DNA of 34,878 bases, from positions 1 through 34,878 of the forward strand of contig JAQXMG010000059.1 in assembly GCA_029012525.1 (NCBI GenBank). Reading direction: 5' to 3'. Shown piece after piece: positions 9,798 to 19,800 of the stretch. The number at the start of each line of letters is the position of its first letter. The stretch's first letter is position 1. The stretch is from a bacterium (GTDB lineage: Bacteria > Bacillota_I > Bacilli_A > RF39 > UBA660). Under the pieces are notes generated by a model, which worked only from the letters and a program-made list of their open reading frames with translations, was not told the DNA's origin and searched no databases. Made by a program: the position numbers and the translations under genes.

Positions 9798-9826
9798 TCA
9801 TAAATAAATAATATCATATAATTCGA
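9798..9826 (-). promoter_or_regulatory. candidate sigmaA promoter of the 368-aa gene with an embedded consensus Spo0A box
   Basis: The minus strand reads TTGCAA (9826-9821), 17 nt, TATTAT (9803-9798). The spacer contains TGTCGAA (9818-9812), the 7-mer 0A-box consensus. Confidence 0.45.
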
Positions 9827-9858
9827 CACTTTGCAACAAATTTTTATAAATTTTTATT

Positions 9859-10419
9859 TTAAATTATTTGTTCTGAATTTATTATTATTTCAATATTTTC
9901 CATAATATCTTGATACATATAGTTAATATAAGTTGTTTGAAAATAAACTTTTAATGTATATGTATTCATTTGGTTTTGTTCTTTTATAAATTGTTTTTCA
10001 CTTGTTTCCATATTATAAAAATATGTTCCATATTCATCTTGTAATTTTTCTTCTCGTTCTATTATATTATTAGTAAAATCATCATTTAAAAACAACTCAT
10101 ATTCTAATGGCAAATTAGTTGTTGCTTTTATCATTAAATTATATTTCAAATCAACTTCTGCTACTTTTTCATTGTCATAATTTGACACAGTAAATGTCCA
10201 TACATATGCCTCTTCTCTTGGAATCATATCGTGAATTGTTAATGTATTTGTATAATAATCTTCTTTTAAAAGGTAAAATGCTATTCCAGAATTTACCGAA
10301 ATATCTGTCTTAGTTTCGTACTTAGAAAAAACAATAGGTATAAAATTTATTACTATAACAAATAATATGAAAACAATAATTAGCCTAAATGATAACTTTA
10401 ATCTTCTTTTATCTATCAT
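9859..10419 (-). CDS. small exported protein (186 aa), SipW-substrate-like
   Basis: An N-terminal membrane/signal segment is followed by FSKYETKTD. The protein is beta-rich and ends with a strand of the form IEIIINSEQ (ends in Q, as in the other small paralogs). The ATG overlaps the stop of the upstream peptidase gene (ATGA). Confidence 0.65.
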   Translation of the reverse strand: MIDKRRLKLSFRLIIVFILFVIVINFIPIVFSKYETKTDISVNSGIAFYLLKEDYYTNTLTIHDMIPREEAYVWTFTVSNYDNEKVAEVDLKYNLMIKATTNLPLEYELFLNDDFTNNIIEREEKLQDEYGTYFYNMETSEKQFIKEQNQMNTYTLKVYFQTTYINYMYQDIMENIEIIINSEQII

Positions 10420-11009
10420 AATTCTTCAATATCATCACTTTCATCTAAATATTCTATTTCTTCTTTTCTATTATTATTTATCTTATTTTTATTATCATTT
10501 TGACTTGTTTTGCTATCTTTACTTTTATATGAAAACGCAACACTAAATAATGTTAAAGTAACAAGTATTGATATTAATACTTTTGGCTCTGTTAATGTCT
10601 TTTTCCATATACCTAGTCTTGGTATTACTTTAACAACTTTACCAACAACTACACTTTTATCTATTGGATTATCTGATACGTTATTAGCGTCTCCTTTTGT
10701 CACTATTACATCTTGTTCCATTTTAACAATTCTATGTGTTATAAAATCTTTCCCAACTTTATATGTTATTATATCTTGCTCTTTTACATCTTTTGTTATT
10801 TTAACAATTATGACATCATCTATGTTTATTTGTTCTGCCATAGATCCCGTTGCTACATCAAAAAATGTATATCCAAAAAAATTAACGTATGGTTTGTTCA
10901 AAATGTTTAATACAAAAAAATTATATAATGCAAAAAAAACAATGATGGCAACGAAAAACATCAAAATATTAGTAACTATTTTTACTATTTTTTCAAATAT
11001 GTTTTTCAT
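10416..11009 (-). CDS. sipW: SipW-type (ER/archaeal-type, S26B) signal peptidase I, copy 1
   Basis: N-terminal TM, Ser motif ATGSMAE, His motif ITHRIV, TKGDANN, a C-terminal TM, and a charged tail ending DDIEEL. This is colinear with B. subtilis SipW (SGSMEP / THRI / KGDNN, recalled). SD is GGTGGTGG. Confidence 0.85.
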   Translation of the reverse strand: MKNIFEKIVKIVTNILMFFVAIIVFFALYNFFVLNILNKPYVNFFGYTFFDVATGSMAEQINIDDVIIVKITKDVKEQDIITYKVGKDFITHRIVKMEQDVIVTKGDANNVSDNPIDKSVVVGKVVKVIPRLGIWKKTLTEPKVLISILVTLTLFSVAFSYKSKDSKTSQNDNKNKINNNRKEEIEYLDESDDIEEL

Positions 11010-11040
11010 TTTACCACCACCATTTTTATCCTTTTATATC

Positions 11041-11610
11041 TTAATTCAAATATTGACTAAAGTTAATGCTCACTTTTATTTCTAATTGATTGTTGTAAAT
11101 ACTACCAAGTTCATAATCTTTAATGTTATCATCTATATCTTCCCAAATAAGCGTTGTTCTTATATTATGCTTTATCCCATTTTCAATATCATCCAATGTT
11201 ATTATTCCTATATAGGTATTATCATCATTTGTTATTAGTTCTTTATTATTTAACTCTTGTAATGATAATACATGAATTGCTTCATTATCTATATTACTAT
11301 AGTCAAAGGTTATTTCATATTTTATTGCAACATCTGACTGTTTAGGATCTATTATTATATCATAATATCCTTTTATTGATGGTGCAACTTTACCACTTGC
11401 CACATGTTCATTTTCTTCCCATATAATGTTTTGTAATTCTATATTATTTGTTTTTACTGCATCAATATCATTTACATTTATTTCCCATTTTGCTATATTT
11501 AATTCTTTTTCTATATTTCTATTTGTTTCATATAAAGCATAAGTACTTGAAATTGTATATGCCATTATTCCAAGTACTATAATTGTTAATAATATAAATA
11601 ATTTTTTCAT
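11041..11610 (-). CDS. small TasA/camelysin-superfamily-like exported protein (189 aa)
   Basis: The signal peptide ends with SSTYALYETN. Then come IAKWEINVND and APSIKGYYDIIIDPKQSDVAIKYEITF, and the last strand is LEIKVSINFSQ. It is a paralog of 23254-23847. Confidence 0.75.
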   Translation of the reverse strand: MKKLFILLTIIVLGIMAYTISSTYALYETNRNIEKELNIAKWEINVNDIDAVKTNNIELQNIIWEENEHVASGKVAPSIKGYYDIIIDPKQSDVAIKYEITFDYSNIDNEAIHVLSLQELNNKELITNDDNTYIGIITLDDIENGIKHNIRTTLIWEDIDDNIKDYELGSIYNNQLEIKVSINFSQYLN

Positions 11611-12173
11611 TATAATTCTTCTACATTTTTATTTCTTGCAGGTTTTACTTTTTCTTTTTTCTCTGTTTTTATTTCTTTGACTACTTCATATATTTCATAT
11701 ATAAATATGAACAATACAGGCATTATAACAAATAGTAAGAAGCCCCATCTTGATTCTAAAGCTTTTAATATTCCTCCAATACCATTATAAACTTTTGCAT
11801 TTTCTAATGTACCTATTACATATTCTTGAGATAATAGATAGTTTCCTTCAATTGTAAATGTTGTTTCATTTTCAATTGTTTCTGTTTGTAATACTTTTGA
11901 AAAACTAACATCTACTTGATTAGCATAAGTGTTATAAAAGAAAATATGTTCTCCACTTTCTATTTCATTTTTAACATCATGTTTTACAACTACCAAATCT
12001 CCTTTTTTAAGTCCATTTCCTAATTTGTCATCTTCAACAATTATTAATGAACTATTTTTAAATGTTGTAATATTATATTTATTATAATTAAGCAAACAAG
12101 TTGTTAAAAATATAACTGTTGCAACATAAATAAATATTAATATTCCAAATACTACTTTTAACGTTTTTTTCAT
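11610..12173 (-). CDS. SipW-like pseudo-peptidase (topology kept, catalytic residues lost)
   Basis: Same layout as the two SipW copies: N-terminal TM, beta core, C-terminal TM, and a charged tail ending NVEEL. However, EDDKLGNG replaces GSMxE, FSKVL replaces THRIV, and IEGNY replaces KGDAN. The likely start is ATG 12173 (MKKTLKV), behind GGTGGT; the track start at 12218 is a TTG with no SD. Confidence 0.6.
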   Translation of the reverse strand: MKKTLKVVFGILIFIYVATVIFLTTCLLNYNKYNITTFKNSSLIIVEDDKLGNGLKKGDLVVVKHDVKNEIESGEHIFFYNTYANQVDVSFSKVLQTETIENETTFTIEGNYLLSQEYVIGTLENAKVYNGIGGILKALESRWGFLLFVIMPVLFIFIYEIYEVVKEIKTEKKEKVKPARNKNVEEL

Positions 12174-12223
12174 TATTACCACCATAAAAATTATATCACG
12201 TATATTTTTAATATGCAATTTTT

Positions 12224-13747
12224 TTATTTAATATTTTCCCTTTCTAAATTATTTTTTTTAACATCAAGTATAAACTTTATATTGTCTATATTTAAATTAC
12301 TATTTATTATGGAGTTATAAATAATAATTTTTTCCAAATCTTTTTTTAATATTGATACATTAGATTCATCTAAAATATCACAATCAATATTTAATAATTT
12401 ATAATGTTCTTGTATTACTTTTTCAATATTATCATTTTTAAAAATACTAACATTATCTATTAAAGTATTATATGGACATAGCAGAAAATATTCTAAGTCT
12501 TTTATTGTCTTATCTTTATTTTCTAGATTTTCCTTTTCTATACTTTTTATTAAAAAATTATAATTATAACAACTCATTTTTAATATATCATATATTGAAG
12601 ATGAATCATTGATATTTATTAATATTTCTTCACAAAATTTATTATTTTCATATTCATCATATAAATTTTGTAACTCTGTTATTTTTTCATTTATTAAAAG
12701 ATTATATTCATCTTGTTTTATATCATTTTTGTTATAATATGACATAAACTTCTTATTGTATTTTTTTAATATTTTTTCTTCTTTTTTTATTTCTTTTAAT
12801 GATTTTTTAACACTTTGTTTATATTTTTCTTTATCTTTATATATTTCTTTTATATCATTTATTAAAAATAAATATTTCAAATAATTATCATACTCACATA
12901 AAGAGTTATATAAACTTACTAAATCATTATCATACTTCTTATAATCGTTATCGTCTTTTATAAATTTCTTATATAAAGACTCTATTTTATTTTGATCATA
13001 ATCTTTTATATCATATATTCCATCATAAAAATTATTAAATATTACATCTTCAGATTGTTTTAAATTATTATTTGATATTAATATTTGATTAATAGAATTT
13101 CTTATTTCTTGTTCGCTTATTTTTGATGTCATCTTATTTAAATATTTAATAAAGTATTTTTCATATTTTAAATATAAATATTTAAAGTTTAAAGAAATAT
13201 GAGCTATAACACTAGGACACTTCCAGTAAATATTTTTAAATACCTCTTTCATTTTTTCTTCATCAACATTATATAGAGAATTTACAAAAAAGTTTTTCAT
13301 ATAACTATAAGAATAATAACTATAGCAAAATTCTTTATCTGTCAAATTGATATTACATTTTCTAAAAATGTTAAGTAGATTTATAATTGTTTCATTTAAT
13401 TTTTTTAAGTTATCATTAGAATTTATATTTAATTCATATATATTTTTGTCTATGTTTAATTTTTTATATGGAGATATCATATTATCTTTTAAATTAATAT
13501 AATCTATAAAAGCATCTAATTTTTTTAAATTTTCTTCCTCATTTATATCAGTTTTTTTTATGCTAAATATTATGTTATCATATCTTTTTGTTATTTCTTC
13601 ATATAAATCAGTTTGTAAGTTTTTAGCTACTTTTAATATTCCGTTACATTTTTCTTTGTATTCATTTATATTTTTTTTATTTGTCTTTGGCATATTAGAT
13701 AATATATCATTTATAACATTTAATTTTTCCTTGTATTCATTAATCAT
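12224..13747 (-). CDS. cytoplasmic Lys/Asn/Tyr-rich helical protein of unknown function (~507 aa)
   Basis: Long uninterrupted ORF with no TM or signal peptide and no motif I recognise. The likely start is ATG 13747 (MINEYKEKL), behind GGTGAT; the track start at 13780 would overlap the upstream micro-ORF. Confidence 0.7.
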   Translation of the reverse strand: MINEYKEKLNVINDILSNMPKTNKKNINEYKEKCNGILKVAKNLQTDLYEEITKRYDNIIFSIKKTDINEEENLKKLDAFIDYINLKDNMISPYKKLNIDKNIYELNINSNDNLKKLNETIINLLNIFRKCNINLTDKEFCYSYYSYSYMKNFFVNSLYNVDEEKMKEVFKNIYWKCPSVIAHISLNFKYLYLKYEKYFIKYLNKMTSKISEQEIRNSINQILISNNNLKQSEDVIFNNFYDGIYDIKDYDQNKIESLYKKFIKDDNDYKKYDNDLVSLYNSLCEYDNYLKYLFLINDIKEIYKDKEKYKQSVKKSLKEIKKEEKILKKYNKKFMSYYNKNDIKQDEYNLLINEKITELQNLYDEYENNKFCEEILININDSSSIYDILKMSCYNYNFLIKSIEKENLENKDKTIKDLEYFLLCPYNTLIDNVSIFKNDNIEKVIQEHYKLLNIDCDILDESNVSILKKDLEKIIIYNSIINSNLNIDNIKFILDVKKNNLERENIK

Positions 13748-13871
13748 TATTATCACCACTAGATAACTTTTCCATATCACTTTCTAATTTGTTTATAAAT
13801 TCTGTTATTTCTTTATACATCTCAATTAAATCGTTATTATCTAATTCCTTTGCTTTTACATCTTCCATCAT
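13740..13871 (-). CDS. candidate 43-aa acidic micro-protein (not in the ORF track)
   Basis: ATG at 13871 lies 5 nt after GAGGT. Translation: MMEDVKAKELDNNDLIEMYKEITEFINKLESDMEKLSSGDNND. Its TAA overlaps the ATG of the next gene (ATGATTAATG arrangement). It sits 24 nt after the giant gene's stop. Confidence 0.4.
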   Translation of the reverse strand: MMEDVKAKELDNNDLIEMYKEITEFINKLESDMEKLSSGDNND

Positions 13872-13895
13872 TATTACCTCTTATATATATATATT

Positions 13896-16800
13896 TTACT
13901 TTATAAATATGTATTTGTAAACATCTCCAATATAATTATTTCCATCATATAAACTAAAGTATAATTTATATGTTCCTGTAGTTAAGTTTTCTTTAAAATG
14001 TATATAGTAATTTAAAGATGCAGGAATACTATCTGTTACTAAATATTCATATTCATTATTAGTGGAACTTAAATTATCACTAATATAATCTTTTAAATCA
14101 ACCAAATCATAATTTGTTGAATATATACTGTCATAATTTCTTCTTTTTAATGATATTCTAAGGTTTGGATTTGAAAGACCTGATGCATATTTTATATTAA
14201 AAACTGATGAAGTTGAATCATTTAAATTCTTACCTGTTGTTTTATCTATTGTTATTTGGGTTTCATCTGCTGTTACATTTAAACCATATATTGCATTTAC
14301 AATTTCAAGATTTATTTCTTTTGTATCCGATGATGTTAATCCATAATAAATTCCATCACCTGAACCAAATGACTCAATAACAATTGTATATAATCCACTT
14401 GATAAACTACTATTTGTTGTATCAAATGTAAGAATAGATTGTACATTTGATACTTTATCTGCAACACTTATTCTATAACTTCCATCCATTCTTGGACTGT
14501 ATGATATTCCATTATAAATAATAAATGTTCCCATAAGGTCATAACCATTTACTTTATTACCATTTTGATCTTTTAATGATATTTTTAATCCAAGTTTTTT
14601 TTCATAATAATTAGTATCTTGTACTACAATACCACTTGATAGTTTAGTTTGTGTAAACGATAATGTTACAGTAATATCATTTTTATGTCCTACGTACATC
14701 CTATCTTTATCAAGTTCAGCATCAACTTTTATTAAAGCATTTGTATCTTTATATAAACTATAGCCCATTACTCTTTGCTGAATACCAAGTACTCCAATTA
14801 ATACTTGATTATTTCCATCTCTTAATTCTATTAATAATGTTTCATTTAGTTTATCCTCAGTTATATTACTTTCACTAAAATCTATTATAAACACAAATTC
14901 TTCTAATGCCTTTTTTATATCTTCGTGATAATAAATATTTTGTTTTTCTGATTCATTAAAGTTATTTGTCGTGCTATTGCTACCCATTTTTATGAATTTA
15001 GAAAATTCATATGATACTTCGCTGTAGTTATTATACTCTTCTAATGATGAATCATAATCATCCTGACTTACTACATAGTAATAGTATTCTGGATTTTCCA
15101 TATCAGCATAATCTATCATTGTAATTCTTGTATTAACTGGCAATGAAAAACTTGATACTAATACATGATGATATCCATCTTTATATAAATTTCTTTCACT
15201 TTCTGCATATAGTGAATAATATGTACTTATACTTGATGTTGTTGTTACATTAGTTGCTGTTGTTGCAAATAAATCATATTTTCTACCAGCAGAAATAGCT
15301 CCTTCATATTCATTTGTTTGATATAATGCACGTTGCAGATGTACTACAATGTTTAATCTCTCAACCTTATTTTCAATAGGACTTATTGGTGTTGAAACTT
15401 GTAAAGATATTGTAACACTGCCCATATTTTTTTCTGTTTGTAAATTTTTAGAGTGATATAAATAAAATAATAAACTTGGTACAGTACTTGAGTTTTCACT
15501 ATAATAAGATGTACTACCACTATAAGGATTACTATTTGCATCATCTGTATAAAAAGTTGTTTTACCATAATTCATCCAACCAGTATTACTACTTTCCATA
15601 ACTAAACTCATTTTAGTATCTGCTTCATCTGAAATTCTTGGAATATCGTTACTATCTGTTAAAGTTACATCTTGATCTAATTCACTATAAGAGAAACCAA
15701 CAACAGTAAACACAGTGTTTGGTGTAGAAAAATTAATTAATGGTAATTCTACAGCTCCTAAAGTTGAATATTTTGATGCTATTAGATCAATCTCATATGA
15801 TGCAACAACTTCTCCGACTACCCACATATAATAGTTTGCATCATCAGGTGTTGGATTTATATATTTTTGGATAATTGTTCCTTGATTATCTTCATTTTCA
15901 TAATTTGTATAAAAACCATTTACTGTTATATCATGATTTGTTTCATGGAGTCCTAGTACATAACTACCATCTGAAAAATAGTAAATGTCATTTGATGATA
16001 CACTATCCAAAGAATTATATTGACTATCATACATAGCAGTTTCTATATTACCATTTCGATCATGATTATAAAGTCCAAAAAATGTCATACCAGAAACTTT
16101 TCCATAAGCAGATACACTTTCATTTTCTGCAATGTTTATATTTTTACCTTCCCATATATATATTCTATTATCAACATTTTTTGTAACATTTCCATTATCA
16201 TCTATTACAACTTGTGATAAATTTTCTTCTCCGTCTATATCCACTAAAGACGAAAATTTTTGAAGCATATTTGTTCCATTTACAAGATAAATGTTTGTAT
16301 TATTTTTTATTTTTAAATGTCCTATTCTTGATAAACTAAATAACACATTTGAATATTCATTTGTTCTATCTGTTGCACCATTAAGTTCTATATAAGAATT
16401 ACTTATTGTTACTATATCAGATCTTTGAATTGAGATATTTTTCATTGGATTTTCTTTTGTTCCATAGTTACTGATATTAATATAGCTATATCCACCAGAT
16501 GATGATGCATTACCTGAGCCAAAAATAGAACCTTTTATTTCATACTTGTCATGTCCTTCTGCATTTAAATTCATATTGATTCCTGTTGTTACACTTATGA
16601 AACTAAAATCGTATTCAGTACTTCCTGATGCATTTGCTTCACCACCACCAAATACTGTTCCATCTATTATGATATTACCTTTTTCTAGATTTTCTACTGA
16701 TGATGTTACATAACCTATATTAAGATTTGTTATACCATATACTTTGGCAGTATTAGCTCCACCATAGACATTGCCTCCTACTTCACTTCCTGTTATATTT

Positions 16801-19800
16801 ACTGTTACAACAGAATTATTATTTTCTTCAGTACCAGTATTAGCAGCATTACCACCACCGAATATGTGATTTGAAACTTTTGTTGTTCCGGTAACATTTA
16901 ATACTGAATTGCCACTTACTATAGCACTTTGTCCATTGCCACCACCATAAATACTACCATATACGTTTGAATTTGATACTGTAACATCGGTATTTCTATT
17001 AACACCAGCTTCATTTCCTCCACCAAATATATCCTTGCTTATATTAGATGATGTGATATTTAATTTTGTTTCTCCAACTTGAGCTTTGTTACCACCACCA
17101 TAGATAGTATCAATAGTACTATCTGTAATTACTAAATCTGTTTTGTTAACATTTCCTCCTAAGTTGTTACCACCATATATAGTTCCAATAGTAGATGTAC
17201 TTTGTACATTTATATTTGTTTGTTCAACAGTTCCACTACTATTTGAACCACCATATAAATTGTTTATTTTACTATTTTCAACATTGATTTGTGTTGTTGT
17301 AACATCAGCTTTGTTACCACCACCAAAAACGTTTTCTATTTCATTAGTTATATCTTTTATTAAAATATCACTTTCAGTTGCTACAGCCTCATTACCACCA
17401 CCATAGATAGTATTTATAGTTCCATCTGTTACATCAATATCAGATTTTGTAACAATTCCTCCCAAATTATTACCACCATAGATAGTATTTACAACACCAC
17501 CGGTTATATTTATATCTGTTAAAGGTACATTACCTAGAGTATTTGAACCACCATAGATATTACCACAGTTTCCTGATGTTAAATTTATATTTGTTTTTGT
17601 AGTTATATTAGCTTCTTCACCACCACCAAATACATTTGTTATTGTAGCTCCTTGAATATTTACATTTGTTTCGTTTGTTACTGCTTTTTTACCGCCACCA
17701 TAAATTGTTGCTGCAGTTCCTGTTATAGCATTAATATTGGATGTTTCAAGACTTCCACCAAGATTATTTCCACCATATATAGTTTCAACATTACTGCCTT
17801 GTAGATTTATATTACTTTGTCTAACATTTCCACTACTATTTGAACCACCAAATACTATTTGAGGATTATCTCCATTAAGTTCTATATTTGTTTCATTTAA
17901 AACATCAGCTGCATTACCACCGCCATAGATAGTATCTACTGATGAACCATTTATATAAACGTTAGTAGTTGTTGTTGTAGCGATATTTCCTCCTCCATAA
18001 ATTGTTTCTATATCACCATTATTTAGAATAACATTACTTACATTTGTTGTTCCTCCCAAATTATTACCACCATAGACATTGTTTGCTGTTCCACTTTCTA
18101 TTAAGACATTGGTTTCCAAAACATCTCCAAGTTTATTTGAACCGCCAAAAAGATTTTCTGTTATGTTAGAACCATCAAGTTTTACATTTGTTTCATTAGC
18201 TCCAGCTTCATTTGAACCACCATAAACATTATTTGCTGTTCCTCCATAAAGATTAACATGTGTTGTTAAAACTCCAGTTTTGTTTCCTCCTCCATATATA
18301 TTAGTACAAACTCCATCGTTTAAATTAACAGTTACTATACCATTTGGTGTGCCTGATGTATCATTTCCACCATAAACATTTGTGATTATACCATTATTTA
18401 TATCGACATCTACATTACCACAAACATATGGTATTATATCGCTACTTCCTTCTCCACCACCAAATACATTTGTTATATTTCCATTATTTACTACTACTTT
18501 TGTATTGTAACTAGATACACTTGTAGTTTGAGATGTTCCATTAACACTACCATATGCACTTCCACCATATACACTATTTATAGTAGGTCCAGATGTTTCG
18601 GTTCCTATTGTTACATTTACATCTTCAGTTACAAATGTTCCAATATTATTTTGATTTAAATAACCACCTTTACCACCACCATATACTGAGCCTCTTACTT
18701 CTCCTCCAAGTATATTAACATTTGTCTTGCCATATACAGTTCCAAGTTCATTACTTCCACCATAAATAGAGTTATTAATAATTCCATCTGTCATAGTAAT
18801 AGTTACATTAGCTTTGGTTGTAGAATTACCTGCGCCATTATTGTTTCCACCACCATATACTGAATCATCTATTTGACCACCATTTATCTTTATTATAGTT
18901 GTTGTTGAGTTTTGTGATGATACAACTCCTGTTGCACCATAATTTCCACCACCATATACTGAGCCTCTAATATGACACATATCATTAATTATAATATATG
19001 AATTATCATTTGATCCTATTGTTGATGAACCTTGTTTTCCATTTCCAATACCAAATACACTTCCAGATTCTGCTCCATATAATTTATTTTGATTATTTAC
19101 AAGAGTTTCATCTCCTATTTCTGCTACTCCTCCGATATAAATATAGCTACTACCATTAAGTTTACCATCACCTTCACTTGCTTCATAACCATTTGATCCG
19201 CCAAATACAGAATATAAAACTTTTCCTCCAGTTATTTGAACAATTCTATTACCATATGTTGCCGTTTGTCCTGCTCCTGATGTTATCATTGATACTTCTC
19301 CACCTGTCATATATATATACGTATCATTGTAATTACTTCTTGAACTACTTGTTAAGGGTCCTCCGATTAAGTTGTAAATGCTTCCACCTTCTACAACTAT
19401 TTTTCTTGCTGCATAGTGTGTTCCACCCATTCTTCCACCAACATATATACCGGCTGTATAATCAGTTTTACCTTGTCCATATATACCACTTTTAACTGTT
19501 AATGAAAAAAGTATTCCTTCATCGCTATCTGAATAATAGTTATCATTCCATGCTCCACAAGCACAATAATATAAAATCAAATTATTGTTATTATCTGTTA
19601 CTCTATCATAATCATTTCCATAAATCGCTTCTGCCTTTATATATATATTTTGATGGCTTGAATTTTGATTACTAGTATTTGTTATAGACATAGTTTGGTA
19701 ATATCCACTTTCAATAATAAATCTATATTTTGTCAAAGAAGTTCTACTTCCAACATTACTTGTTGTATTATTTCCACCTAATATAGATCTAAATGTAGCA

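Noticed and set aside
16500-19450. CRISPR array or non-coding VNTR as an explanation for the ~75/300-nt periodic repeats
   Set aside because: The repeats are in frame inside one uninterrupted 7.4-kb ORF. They are imperfect at the nucleotide level, have no unique spacers, and translate to a coherent 25-aa coil motif.
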